Positions 14,694 to 28,635 of a DNA stretch of 64,000 nt are shown piece by piece. The notes under the pieces were generated by a model. It saw only the letters and a list, made by a program, of their open reading frames with translations, did not search any database and was not told where the DNA came from. A program made the position numbers and the translations under genes. Position 1 is the first letter of the stretch; each line of letters opens with the position of its first letter. This DNA comes from Octopus vulgaris (lineage: Eukaryota). Location: assembly GCA_951406725.2 (NCBI GenBank), contig OX597832.1, positions 11,842,001-11,906,000 of the forward strand, read 5' to 3'.

Positions 14694-14792
14694 TATACAT
14701 ATATATATACACATATATATACATATATATATATACACATATATACATATATATATACACACATATATACATACACATATATATATATATGT

Positions 14793-14839
<47 letters not shown>

Positions 14840-14892
14840 TGAATACGCGCACACGTTTACACATGCATATATACATACATATCTATGTGCTG

Positions 14893-14925
<33 letters not shown>

Positions 14926-15714
14926 GTATATAAGCAGTAAATTTCGAAAACATGGAGACACACACACTTATACACGTACGCACAGGAACATACGCGCTTT
15001 GTTTATGATTTTTTCCTCGAGGCTAGATTTATACTTCCAAAACGCTACGCATATTTACTTGAGCACAAGTGTAGACAAACACGCACAAAACACACACACA
15101 CACACACACACAAACACACACAAACACACACATACACACACACACACACAGACACACACAAACACATGCGTACTCACACTCACGCGCTCTACACACATAT
15201 ACACGCACAAAAATCTAGCGCCTTAGATGCCGAAAACTTAATGTTTACCGTCTATCGCAGACTGCTTTCTATACCACGCGCGCCGGCTCGCACACGCATG
15301 CGCTTATACACACTCACTCATATAATTGCCCATACACACACACACACACACAGACACACATATATTTATATATATACACGCACAAATAAATGTGTACATA
15401 TATATATATATACATGAACACATATATAAAAAGTTGCGTAGATGTGCATCCATATGTCTGTGCGTGCGCGTGCCTGTCTGTGCGTGTGTGTGAAACTGTC
15501 TAGAGACATTAACGTATATATACTGAACCACGTACACAATCATAAATACATCATATCAAGCACACTCACATTTACGCCCACTCAAGCAAACATCCACTCC
15601 ACACGCACGCATGTATAGGGAAGTGATACATTCCCTAAAAATAACAGCCACTCTCTCATACACACATATATACATACATATTCTCGCATGCCTGCACGCT
15701 GCAGAATGTGCTCA

Positions 15715-16317
15715 GAGGTAAGGCAGCGAGCTGGCAGAAACGTTAGCACGCTGGGCGAAAAGCTTAGCGTTATTTCGTTTGCTGTTACGTTCTGAGTTCA
15801 AATTCCGCCGAGGTCGACTTTGCCTTTCATCGTTTCGGGGTTGATTAAATATTTACCAGTTACGCACTGGGTTCGATATAATCGACTGAATCCATTTGAC
15901 TGTCCTTGTTTGTCCCCTCTGTGTTTAGCCCCTTGTGGATAGTAAAGAAATACGTATTTCTTCTGCCGTTACGTTCTGAGTTCAAATTCCGCTGAAGTCG
16001 ACTTTGCCTTTCATCTTTTCGGGGTCGATAAATGAAGTACCAGTTAGGCACTGGGTTCGATGTAATCGACTTAATCCATTTGTCTTGTCCTTGTTTGTCC
16101 CCTCTGTGTTTAACCCCTTGTGGATATTAAAGAAATAGGTATTTCTTCTGCCGTTACGTTCTGAGTTCAAATTCCGCTGAAGTCGACTTTGCCTTTCATC
16201 TTTTCGGGGTCGATAAATGAAGTACCAGTTAGGCACTGGGTTCGATGTAATCGACTTAATCCATTTGTCTTGTCCTTGTTTGTCCCCTCTGTGTTTAACC
16301 CCTGTGGGCAATAAATA
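15715..16317 (+). mobile_element. SINE family B, head plus three tandem units
   Basis: Units start at 15770, 15954 and 16139. TSD agaatgtgctca at 15703-15714 and 16318-16329. Confidence 0.85.
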
Positions 16318-16367
16318 AGAATGTGCTCACACGCACACATAGGCAGATTCGCATACATACACAATCT

Positions 16368-16424
<57 letters not shown>

Positions 16425-16545
16425 TCACAATATCGTTGAGTATCTCTCACATACGGATGAACACTGAATTGCGTGTACTCACACACACATAAATTTATGT
16501 CCATATACATGTATATGTGTATGCGTGTGTGCGTGCGCGCGCGCA

Positions 16546-16725
16546 GGCATGGCTATATGGGAAGAAGCTAGATTCTTAACCACATGGTTCCGGGTTCAGT
16601 CCCACTGCGTGGCACCTTGGGCAAATGTCTTCTACTATAGCCTCGGGGTCGATTTGCTCGACGAAAGGCGGTGCTCCAGCATGGCCGCAGTCAAATGACT
16701 GAAACAAGTAAAAGAGTAAAAGAGA
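16546..16725 (+). mobile_element. SINE family A with internal deletion
   Basis: Head joined directly to the tail at gcctcggggtcgatttg (cggg microhomology). Confidence 0.8.
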
Positions 16726-17450
16726 TGGCAGAATTTGATTTCAGGGAGAGACACTGCTATTTTTTGCAGACCTTCTCTGTTGCTATCATCTTCATTATTT
16801 TAGGTAGTGGTCAAGATCTGAGGAAGATTTGACTGTGGTATCAAGCATTTTTATAAAATTGTCCTCTGTGATGTTGCATTCTTTATTTAAGATATAAAGG
16901 TTTTTGGAGCGTTATTTGGCTGTTAGTTCTAGGCTTGAAATTAGAATATAACAACACGATATTCTCTGCCTTTGGAGAAAATTTGGCTGACATTTCTAGC
17001 AATTTTATAGACTTACTCAAACCACCATTACATTCAATATTTAAGATAGTAGGGGATCATCTGAGGGACATTTAGCCGTTATTTCTAGTAATGTTTCTAG
17101 GCCCACAACATCGAATGTCGCTTTCGTTGCTTTCTTTATGACAACAGGTGGATGATTTGAGATGATTTTAGCTGTTATTTCTAACCGATTTATTTACCAA
17201 GGAAAAGTTCTATCCTTCAATAACCATAACATATATTTATGCAGTCTCTTAACTTGATAATCCAGTGTATGCATATACTAGAGTATGAATATGTGATTTA
17301 TGAGTGTGTACGCGTGTATCTCTGGCACATATCTGCATCGCACGTATATGGTCGAAAGATAATGTACGAGTGTTCTTATATGCATCAAGCACACGTGTAC
17401 GTATACAGTATTCACGCGTATACACACACGCACTCACATACTCACACACT

Positions 17451-17875
17451 CTCTTACTCTTTCCTCTTCTACTTGTTTCAGTCAGTTGACTGCGGCCATG
17501 CAGGAGCACCGCCTTTAGTCGAGCAAATCGACCCCAGGAGTTATTCTTTGTAAGCCCTGTACTTATTCTATCGGTCTCTTTTGCCGAACCGCTAAGTGAC
17601 GGGGACATAAACACACCAGCATCGGTTGTCAAGCAATGCTAGGGGGACAAACACAGACATACAAACGTACACGCACACATACATATATATACATATATAT
17701 ATATACATATATACGGCGAGCTTCTTTCAGTTTCCATCTAACAAATCCACTCACAAGGCTTTGGTCGGCCCGAGGCTATAGAAGAAGACACTTGCCCAAG
17801 GTGCCACGCAGTGGGATTGAACACGGAATCATGTGGTTGGTAAGCAAGCTACTTACCACACAGCCACTCCTGCGC
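17451..17875 (-). mobile_element. SINE family A, full length
   Basis: Reverse complement of 6384-6810. Confidence 0.85.
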
Positions 17876-17889
17876 ATTCATCTATTCCT

Positions 17890-18365
17890 TTATTTGTTTT
17901 GGTCATTGACCGCAGCCATCTGTTTTTTTAGTCGAAGAAATCGGCCGCAAGATTTATTCTTTGTAAGCATACTATTTATTCTATCGGTCTTTTTTACCGA
18001 ACAGCTAACTTACGGCGACATGAACACACCAACCTTGGTTCTCAAACGATGGCGGGGGCCAAACACAGACACAAAGACACACACACACACGTGCGCGCGC
18101 GCATACATGTATATATATAATCAGCCCCCCCCCAAAAAAAAAAACGGGGATAAAACTAAAAAAAAACAACGAACCGAGGACGTGGTACATGCAACCTATT
18201 AAGAAGTATGTGTGTATGTATGAGAGGCTTCTTTCAGTTTCTGTCTACCAAATCCACTCACAAGGCTATAGCAGAAGACAATTGCCCAAGGTGCCACGCA
18301 GTGGGACTGAACCCGGAACCATGTAGTTGGTAAGCAAGCTACTTACCACACAGTCACCCCTGCAT
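17890..18365 (-). mobile_element. SINE family A, diverged, with a foreign fragment in its microsatellite
   Basis: Tail at 17890-18075 and head at 18225-18365. The segment 18150-18200 resembles the 3' end of the 29390-29601 element. Confidence 0.7.
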
Positions 18366-19123
18366 CTGAGATAAAAAAAAAAAAAGGAACACTTAAGGAA
18401 AAATGAGCAGTCTAGCATACTCTTTAAAAGATATGACGATCACGGTTAAAGTCCTTGCGATTATAGGCCAAGGATGTATGGCAGAATTTATTGTAGCAAC
18501 AGCAAAACCACCAGCACCACAAAACAACAACAACAGAGTTTGTAACGTGCCTCAAAGGGAGCCTCAAACCAGTTGCTCAACCTACTTGAAACGGTAACGG
18601 GCACTCGCTCACATCATAGCCCATGATCGTAAAATAATCTTTCCTACCATAACTAGTAGCCTTGGACTCAGTGAGGAAGAAACTACTCAATTACATCGAG
18701 CCCCAGCTTGCACTTACTTTATCGACCTTGAAAGGATGAAAGGTAAAGTCGACCTCGGTGGAATGATTGGCATTTCACTCCCACGAAATTGCTGAACTTG
18801 TGACAAAACTTGAAAGCGATATTGTTGATTTGTCTGCTAGTAATAGCAGCTATGTCTCCCCACAACTCATAAACTACATGATGATTTGTAGGGCTTCAGT
18901 GGCCCCATCCTTCTTGGCGCCATCAGCTAGACGAGCCTCCGATTAAGTTTTCGATTGCGTTCCACAGACAAAGCAATTTGAAATATAACATTTAAACGTG
19001 CCTCATTATGTTAACGATTATGTCTTTGATGTCGTTCCATAAATTTCAGATACTCATGAGTATATATAATATATATACATACACATTTACATACACACGT
19101 ACACACACACATTCACATATGTT

Positions 19124-19178
<55 letters not shown>

Positions 19179-19254
19179 ATATAATATATACACCTATATC
19201 TATAAATATATTTCTATATCTATCTTTCTATTTATCTCTCTCTCTATAAATGTA

Positions 19255-19287
<33 letters not shown>

Positions 19288-20220
19288 ATATATATACATC
19301 CTGTTTGTACATAGATTCTCTCAACCAAATTCACTCACAAGGCATTAGACTACCAGGGCTCTATAGAAGAAGAGACTTACCAAATATGCATCGCAAAGTA
19401 TGTGAACGGAAATCACGTGTTTCCAATGCAGATTTCTTAACCAGAAAGTCATGTCTTCGCCATTGGTGCATTGGCGTAATGTTGCGCAGATTGTAGATTA
19501 CTAAACATATTAAAGCCTAATAAATAACCCGTCCACATTTTAAGGACCTCAACATCACAGATTTGTAAATGTAATCCGATAATTAAATTACCCCGGAACA
19601 TGACTGGTCTTTTGAAGAGAGTAGGATGATTCTGGTACTCTTGAAAGACTCAAAAAGCGAAGTATTTCGATTAGACCAGAACTAAAAATTCTAAGTGACA
19701 ATTGATAGTAAAATGCAAGGGGAAAGAGAAAGACATTTCACAAGATTTAAGATATATACTGCTTCCCAAACTCATGGTTTGGTTTCAGTTCCACTGCTTG
19801 ACCATGGGCAAGTGTCTACTGCTGTAGCCTCGGGCCATCCAAAGCCTTGTGACTGGATTTGAAAGCACGAAACTGAAAAAAAAGCCTGTCATATATATGC
19901 GTATATATGCGTGTATATATATATATGTGTGCGTGTGTGTGAGTGTGTGTGTGTGTGATTGTGTCTGTGTTTGTCCGCCACCATCACTGGACAACTGGTG
20001 TTGGTGTGTTTACGTCCCTGTAATTTAGCGGTTCGACAAGAAGATTCGATAGAATAATTCCCAAGATTAAGAAAACCTGGGGTCGATTCCTTCGACGAAA
20101 CATTTTTGAAGGCAGTGTTACAGCTCCGCCGCAGTCTAATGACGGATACAAGTAAAAGATAAAAAACAATAAATTTCTCTAGTTATTTTACATGCTAAAA
20201 GAAAGAGCAGGCAAGAAAGC

Positions 20221-20264
20221 ACTATGGACATATGTTTCGGTATATTTGACCTCGTCAATATAAC
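20221..20264 (-). ncRNA. Minimal hammerhead ribozyme-like motif
   Basis: Reverse strand reads gttata-TTGACGA-ggt caaatat acc-GAAA-catatGTC-catagt. Stem III is palindromic (ACATATGT), the triplet is the canonical GUC, stem I has wobble pairs, and the first core base is C>T. Confidence 0.55.
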
Positions 20265-21347
20265 TACAATTTAACAGAGACAGCACTTTACTAAATACAT
20301 TACGATTCAACGAAAAAGTGTTACCCATATTTTTGATGAAGTGTAATTTATAAAATTAAACATAAAATATAACAAGAGGGAAAAGGTATAAAAAAAAAAT
20401 TCAAGGCAATCAGTGCAAAACCATTTTAGTCAATTATCTGAATTAATGGCATTGACCTTAATAAGTTATTTCCCTGAGCTCTTTTTGATTATGTAATAAA
20501 CTGAGTTCTAAAACTTCATTAACTCAGATTATCTCAACGACTCGCTATCTTTATGTGAACGGCTACCGGATATGAATAGCACTCCTTTGAGGTATATTCA
20601 TAATCAGTGTCAGTTTTTTTCCTGTTATTTCTGCAGGAATAAGTGTGTGCGCGCGCACACATACATACACGTGCGTATATGTATTTATTTATGTATGCAG
20701 GTATGTATGTGTGTATATTTACACACTGGCGCACAAATAAAAAAACACGCTGTCACAGACGCACACACTCATATCTATGTAACCATCTAGCTAGTCACCC
20801 TTTTCTCCTCTCTCCTTATATATATATATACACATGTATAAATATACACACACAATTCACCCATTTAATACACTAGGTAAGTTAATTGCAATGCAATAAA
20901 AAAACACTTGTGTATTAATAATTGGGTATTATACCAACAGTTTATTGGATAAATATTATCCCTTAGTGGGTTGGACCCACAACTCCTAACTTTCTTGGAG
21001 TACACATATGTATGTATGTATATATTTATATATATATATATATAAAATACAAGCGCATATAAATATATGCACACACATATCTATCTACATATCTCTCTAT
21101 ATATATAGACATATATATATACATATATATACATAAACATATATATATATACATATATGTATACATACATATATACATCATACATATATATACAAATATA
21201 TATATATATACATATATATGTAAATGCATATATATACATATATATATATATATATATGCACATATATATATATATATACATATATATATACGTACATACA
21301 TATATGTATATATATGTACATTCGTACACACACACACACACACACAC

Positions 21348-21380
<33 letters not shown>

Positions 21381-21392
21381 TATCTCATGATG

Positions 21393-21780
21393 TATATTTG
21401 CCACCTAAATGTAGCTGACCCTTAGGGGACGGTAACGCGTATCACGTAAGGCTAGAGATAGGAAAGATGATCTATTATTGCTTATTTCACCTTTTTTTTT
21501 TCGAGATCAGCGACGGTTTGTCACTGGAAAAAGCATACAGTATTTTGCGTTTGGAACCAGTTCTCATCTCTAGCTGGTGATTGTCATTGCCACACGCTGA
21601 TGACGATTTACTACCCAGAAAGCCGAGTATGTGGGCATCACGTAAGGCTAGAGATGGGAACGATGATTTTCCCTTTGCAAATACTGATCGGATTAGCCAG
21701 CTGGAGGAGATGTCTTCCTGGGGCTATAAACAACAGTAGCATCGTCCCTAAGGTTTAGCCACATTTAGGTGGCAAATATA
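21393..21780. mobile_element. MITE-like element with ~38-bp TIRs and an internal 31-bp direct repeat
   Basis: tatatttgccacctaaatgtagctgacccttaggggacg versus cgtccctaaggtttagccacatttaggtggcaaatata. The internal repeat atcacgtaaggctagagatRggaaMgatgat occurs at 21441 and 21637. Confidence 0.7.
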
Positions 21781-23819
21781 TTTCACGATGCCGTGCTGCT
21801 ACTGTTTACATCTAGCTCAGAGATTTATTATTGCTATACATATATAACGCGACCGTCCTGGTTGGGATTCTTTGATTCATTTTTGCGTTCGTTTAAGAAG
21901 GACCTAGGATTAATTAATAATAAACTAATCAAGAATTGCTCCTGTAGGCGGTTATCAGCAAAAAAAAAAAAATAGATGCCAAATCTGCCTCAAATCATAC
22001 GTACCCACCGCAAAATTTGAATATGTTGGTTAATTTATTCCATAATCAACTCCCCATAATGCGGGATGGCCACAGTTGGAATTGGCTATATGCCACTTAA
22101 ATCGAAACAACAATTACTGCTATTGCTAATGCTTAATATTTATTTCAGCATAGCGACCCACGATGATTAAAATCCCTGCCGACCTCAACAGCGTTCGAAC
22201 GCATGATTATACCGACACTGCCTTCTACACTGTACTTTCACCCATTTACTTACTCCAGTCTTTGAACTGCGGCACTGCTGAGGCACCGCCTTCAAGTATG
22301 TTAGCCTAAGAATCGGCCCCTATACTTATTTAATTTTAACCCTAATCCATTTTCCTGTCTCGTCTGCCGAATCGTTAGGTTACAGGGACGTAAACAAACC
22401 AGCTGCGGTTGTAAAGCAGCAGTTAGTGACAAACACACATACATACACATATGTATATATTTATACACACAGCCACACATACCTCACCAGAGACACACAC
22501 ACACACAATTACTACAGGCTTCTTTCAGTTTCCGTCTACCAAATACACTAACAAGGCTTTGCTGAGCCTCAGGCTGAAGACTCCTGTGCAAGGTGGAAGA
22601 ATGTGGGACTGAACCTGGAACCTTGTGGTTGGGAAGTAAACTCCATACCACACAGTCATGACTACGTCTACTTGCTAATTATTCTAATTATATATTTTAA
22701 ATTGTTAATATAGTAATTATATAGTAATTAATATAGTAATTACACTTTTGCAGTAATTATATTGTTGCTTTTAGGCGCCGACCTAGCAGAATCGTTAACC
22801 CGTCGGATTAATGCTTGGTAGCATTTCGTCCGTCTTTATGTTCGGAGTTCAAAATTCCGCCAGGTTCAACTTCGCCTTTCATCGTTTCGGCGTCGACAAA
22901 ATAGGTACCAGTTGATCATTGGGGTGGATGTAATTGACTTACCCGCTTCCTCGAACTTGATAGCCATGTACCAAACGTTGGACTCCATGAATATACTATC
23001 ATTTTTATTAATTTCACTTTGGAGCCATCTGTTTTCGGGACTGTATACCACGCACTATCTCGTCGATCAATTTAGTAATAACCCATTACACGGACCGGGG
23101 TTGTAGTAGAACTCAAGATGACATGCAGTAAGACTGAACCCTAAATCACGTGATTGCAAAGCGAGCTTTCATGCCTGCCTCTATCATTATCTGCTAATTG
23201 CATCAGTTATTAAACTGCGGCCATGCTGGGGCACCGATTTGAAGAATTTTAGTCGATCGAATCGACCCCAGTACTGAATTGTTATTTTTTAATTTTTGTG
23301 AATCTGGGTACTTCTGTCGTTTTCTTCTGCCGAAACCTTAATTTACAAGGACTTAAACACCAACAACGGCTGCGAAGCTGATGGAATGTAGGGACGAACA
23401 GAAATGGGATGCCTACACGTATAGACAAAGAAAAGGAAAGGAGACAGATAAATCAATACAGAAAAATAGAAAGAAAGAAATCTCGTTTTGAAACCACATG
23501 GTCCCTGCTTCAGTCCCAGTGCGCGTCACCTTGGGCAAGTGTCTTCTACTATGGCCTCGGGCCGACTAATATTTTGTTCGGGGATTTTGTGGAGGGGAAA
23601 TTGATTAAGTCCATCGAGCATGTATCTATGCCTGCAGGTGTGTATTTGGGTTTGTGTTTGTCTCCATCATCGCTTGCCAACCGGTGTTTTGTTTACGTTT
23701 CTGTAACCTAGCGATTCGGCAAAGAATTCCAATAAAATAATTGTTGGAGTATATTTGTTCGACTAAACTCTAGAAGGCAACAGCTTGGCCGCGGTGCAAT
23801 GATTGAAAGAAGTAAAAGA

Positions 23820-24720
23820 TAAAAGGTAAACGGTATGTAGAGAAGAGAAAGAAAAAAAAACCCAAATGAGATGATGAGAGAATAGATGAGGAATGAAAGG
23901 AATGGGAAAAAAGAAAGATGAAAGAAATTTTTAAAAGAGAAAGGAAGAAAATAAGAAAAAGAAGGTGAGAAAAATCTTGAAATAAAGAATGGAAGCCAGA
24001 AAGATGGATTTATAGGTGGAATTAAAGAAAGAATTATAAAGAAAGAATAAAAAGGAACGAAGGACGGAAGGAAGGATAGCAAACGGGAAGGAAGCAAGAC
24101 ATGAAAGGAAGACAGACAGAAAGAAAGGAAGGAAGGTAGAAAGGAAGACACGAAAAGAAGAAGGGGAAAAAAGAAAGAAAAGTAAGGTGGCTTGATGGAT
24201 GAGACTGAAGGAGAAAAAATAGAATTGAAAAATAACAAAGAATGGAAAGAAAGAAAGGAAGGAAGGAAGGCAAGAAGGAAGCAAGATAAGAAATAAATAA
24301 AGAAAAATAAAGATTCAAAGAGAAATAGAAAGGAAGAAAGGAAAAAATTGACAGAAAGAAGAAAGGATTAAAATGCGAAAGAATGAACGAACGATAAAAA
24401 TGCAAGGAAGGAAGGAAGAAATAAGAAAAGAAAGAAGGAATGAAAAATGGAAAGGTAATGAAAGTCAGAACGAAAGGTAGAAGGAATGAAAATAAAATGA
24501 ATGAGTAAATGAACGAAAAGAAGAAAGAATGAATAAAAGAGTAAGAACACCGAAAAATAAAGGAAGAAACATGAAAGAAAGGAAAAAAGAAGGAAAGACA
24601 GAAGAAAGGAAAGAAAGAAAGAAAGATAGAAAGAAAGGAAGAATAAAAAAAGAAAGAAAAAAGAGAGCAAGAAAGAGAGAACGAAAGAAAGAAAAAGAAG
24701 AAACGTGCCAGTAATGGCTA
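23820..24720 (+). repeat. ~900-bp polypurine (GAAA/GGAA) low-complexity tract
   Basis: Almost pure A/G on the + strand. A similar GA-rich tract lies at about 11190-11645. Confidence 0.9.
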
Positions 24721-25784
24721 AGAAAAGTGAAAGTACAGAACGGACACACAGACACAGTTTGCGAAGTTTTTCTTCGTCGAGCGTAACAGACACACTTACA
24801 CATCACAGAATCTGATTGCTTAGAATGGCACGGACACACAGACACAGAGACCAGCGCTGCTGCCGCTGCTACTACTACTACTACTACCACGACTACTACT
24901 ACTATCACTACTACTACTACCGCACCTAGTGCTGCTGCTGTTGCGCTGCTGATGGCGCCACCTCCGCCCCCCTCGCAGTCTCCCCCACCCCTAACTTGCT
25001 GCTGCTGCTGTCGCTGCTGCTGCCGATGCCGATGCTGCTGCTCAGGCTGCTACTATCGCTGCTGTTGCTGCTGTGTGTGTATGCCTGTTGCTGCTACTGT
25101 TTATGTATATGAAGCTTCTCTTAATAGCTCTGTATGTGGGTGTGTGCGTATATTATGATACCAATGTGTACGTCTGAGTGTGTGTGCGTGTATGCTTGTG
25201 TTTGTCTCTCTCTCTCTCTATATATATATATGACTTCCGATGTGTACGTCTCTGAGTTATTCTTCGCTGGCATTAGGCAGTAGCTGGCAGAATCATTAGC
25301 GCGCCGGACAAAAATACTTAGCGAGTTGTCACCGCTTTACGTTCTGAGTTCAAATCCCGCCGAGGTGGCTTCGACATTTTTTCCTTTCAAATTTGATAAA
25401 AAAAAAAGTACCGGTTGAGTACTGGGTCGGTGTAATTAACCAAGTCATCTTCCTCACCGCTTTGTTGCTTCTTCCCTGTAGTAGTAAAGTTATTTACTCG
25501 CTAGCGTTTGCGAACGCAATTGCGGCCGAATGGATAAGATGTTCGCTTCAAATCGCGATCTTAGAGCAGGTTCGATCCTAAGGCAAGAGTTTTTGCATAT
25601 GAATATTTTACGATAAATTTGGTTCTAGTTAAACTTTGTTAATGAAATAAGGTTGCAGAAAACGTGTTTTGAACCGCATGGTGCTGGATTGCTTCTGTAA
25701 TTTAAAATATTGAGTCCATGATTCTCCCCGGGCATCACATAAAAAGTATACACATCTGAGCCGTATATATTTTCATAAAATACT

Positions 25785-26180
25785 GCGAGCTGGCAGAAAC
25801 GTTAGCACGCCAGGCGAAATGCGTAGCCGTATTTCGTCTGCCGTTACGTTCTGAGTTCAAATTCCGCCGAGGTCGACTTTGCCTTTCATCCTTTCGGGGT
25901 CAATAAATTAAGTACCAGTTACGCACTGGGGTCGATGTAATCGACTTAATCCGTTTGTCTGTCCTTGTTTGTCCCCTCTGTATTTAGCCCCTTGTGAGTA
26001 GTAAAGAAATAGGTATTTCGTCTGTCTTTACGTTATGAGTTCAAATTTCGCCGAGATCGACTTTGTCTTTCATCCTTTCGAGGTCAATAAATTAAGTACC
26101 ACTTGCATACTGGGGTCGAGCTAATCGACTGGCCCCATCCCTCAAAATTTTGGGCCTTGTACCTAGAGTAGAAAAGAATA
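25785..26180 (+). mobile_element. SINE family B dimer; second unit has the alternative tail
   Basis: Units start at 25829 and 26013. The second ends ggccttgtacctagagtagaaaagaat. Confidence 0.8.
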
Positions 26181-26422
26181 TTGTGAGCTGTTTTGTTCAA
26201 GAATTGATTGACGCACCTGAAGGTTCATTTTGTTTTTTCTTAATTGTTTCTTAATTACTAGTTTTTGCTAGTTGGTGTGTTCGCGTGAATGTGCTGAATA
26301 GTGTACGGGTTTCTGTGTTTATGACCACTGCCATCTCGGTCAAGTGTCTTCTACTGTGGCCTCGGCCCACCAAAGCTTTGTGAGTGCATTTGGTAGACGG
26401 AAACTGAAAGAAACCCGTCGTG

Positions 26423-26453
<31 letters not shown>

Positions 26454-26856
26454 TTGTGTGTGTGAGTTTGGACACGACCACCACGTTATGACGGCTGTTG
26501 GTTTGATTATGTCCCCATTGCTCGGCAGGTTATTAGAAATAAATACTGGGGTCACTTTATTCAACTTAACACCTCATGGCTACCCCACTAGCGTGACCAA
26601 GCCCCGGTGTAGTGACTGAAACAAGTAAAAGTTAACGGCACACACACACACACCTACATAGACTCATATACACACACCGCACTTTTGCATACGCACACGC
26701 ACAAGCACAGATGCTACGGCTAACAAGTCCGCATTGGGATTCGGATTTGGCCCCTCTGCGTGGAATCTGGCACAAATTCCTTTTTCAATTTCCTCGGGAC
26801 TCCCAGTTTTTTCATAGATCATTCTCTCTCTATATATATATATCTTTATCTCTCTC

Positions 26857-26914
<58 letters not shown>

Positions 26915-27340
26915 CTTCACTTTATTGATCTAGTGATCGGTATGTGTCTATAGGTTTTTGTATGCACGAAGATATGTATATACATAAGTACGAAGTGGAT
27001 ACATGTGTCTTTGATTTTCATTTCGCAAGCATGAGATGACGAGTTCGACTCCCCACTCCTTTTCATCTCGAGCCAGAGAAACTATTATTAGGTTAAATCC
27101 AATTATTCTTAACGATTCCGGGTAAACAGAAACTGTATCGAAGCCCATGGATTACTCAGCTCCGCTTAGACAAATTCCAACATTAAAACATGTATCACTG
27201 ACTTTTATTAAGGGACATTCTCTCTAAGGTAACACTTTCTGTGGTAGGCTCCGTCAAATCACACCCTAATTCGATGTGTAGTTTGTTTCCTTGATCGTAG
27301 AAGTGAATGCTAAGTGGAGGTTATGATATATGTAAGCGTT

Positions 27341-27575
27341 GATAAGGCGGCGAGCTGGCAGAACCGTTAGCACGCCGGGCGAAATGCGTGGCCGTTTTTC
27401 GTCTGCCGTTACGTTCTGAGTTCAAATTCCGCCGAGGTCGACTTTGCCTTTCATCCTTTCGGGGTCGATAAATTAAGTACCAGTTGCGCACTGGGGTCGA
27501 TGTAATCGACTTAATCCCTTTGTCTGTCCTTGTTTGTCCTCTCTGTGTTTAGCCCCTTGTGGGCAATAAAGAAAT
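27341..27575 (+). mobile_element. SINE family B monomer
   Basis: Full head plus one unit, with a 15-bp TSD atatatgtaagcgtt at 27326-27340 and 27576-27590. Confidence 0.9.
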
Positions 27576-27977
27576 ATATATGTAAGCGTTAATAATTGTT
27601 GTGTGAAAAGAAGTTTGCTTTCTAATCTCATGCTTAAGAGTTCAATCCCGCTGGTGGGAATATGAACAAGTGTCTTTTACAATAGCTTTGGGCCCACCAA
27701 GGACTTGCGAGTAGATTTGGTACACAGAAACGGAAAGAAACCCGGCATATACAAACACACGCACACACACAGACGTACACAGACAGACTGATCTACAGAT
27801 AGATAAATAGATAGAAAGACAGACTGATAGATATTGAGAGAGATGGGCAGACAGACAATCAGAGAGAAAGACAGATTTGTGTATCTATGTTCGATCACAT
27901 CATCACGTTTGCATTGAAACACACACACGCAACACACATGGTGCTATTAAGTTTGACATGGCCTGGACCAATCTTTT

Positions 27978-27993
27978 GTCGAAACATATCTAA

Positions 27994-28064
<71 letters not shown>

Positions 28065-28098
28065 ATAGACATATAGACATATATATAGACATATATAT

Positions 28099-28137
<39 letters not shown>

Positions 28138-28272
28138 TATATACATACGTATAAATATAAACATACGTACACGCACACATAAATACATACATATATATGT
28201 ACATACATATATATATACATATACATACATATATAGATATATATGCATATATATATAAATACATTCATATAT

Positions 28273-28307
<35 letters not shown>

Positions 28308-28333
28308 CATTATATATATATACACATACACAC

Positions 28334-28432
<99 letters not shown>

Positions 28433-28437
28433 TATCC

Positions 28438-28470
<33 letters not shown>

Positions 28471-28635
28471 CATATATACATACATACATAAACATATATA
28501 TATATATATATATATACATATATACATACGTATATATATAACTATATAGATAGATAGATGCATGTATCTACATATATGCATATATGTATGAATATAGATA
28601 CATGTATGTGTGTGTGCGTGCGTGCATGCCTGTGT
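27978..28635. repeat. Compound (TA)n/(CA)n microsatellite
   Basis: Directly visible. Comparable tracts lie at about 13140-13580, 14585-14925, 21020-21385, 39095-39630, 40930-41495, 45746-46125, 50590-51140 and 56230-56545. Confidence 0.95.

Noticed and set aside
21590-21636. CTGATGA...GAAA hammerhead candidate inside the MITE
   Set aside because: Stems II and III cannot be paired.
23708-24908. Phe/Leu/Ser-rich membrane-protein-like ORFs
   Set aside because: Reverse translation of the polypurine tract.
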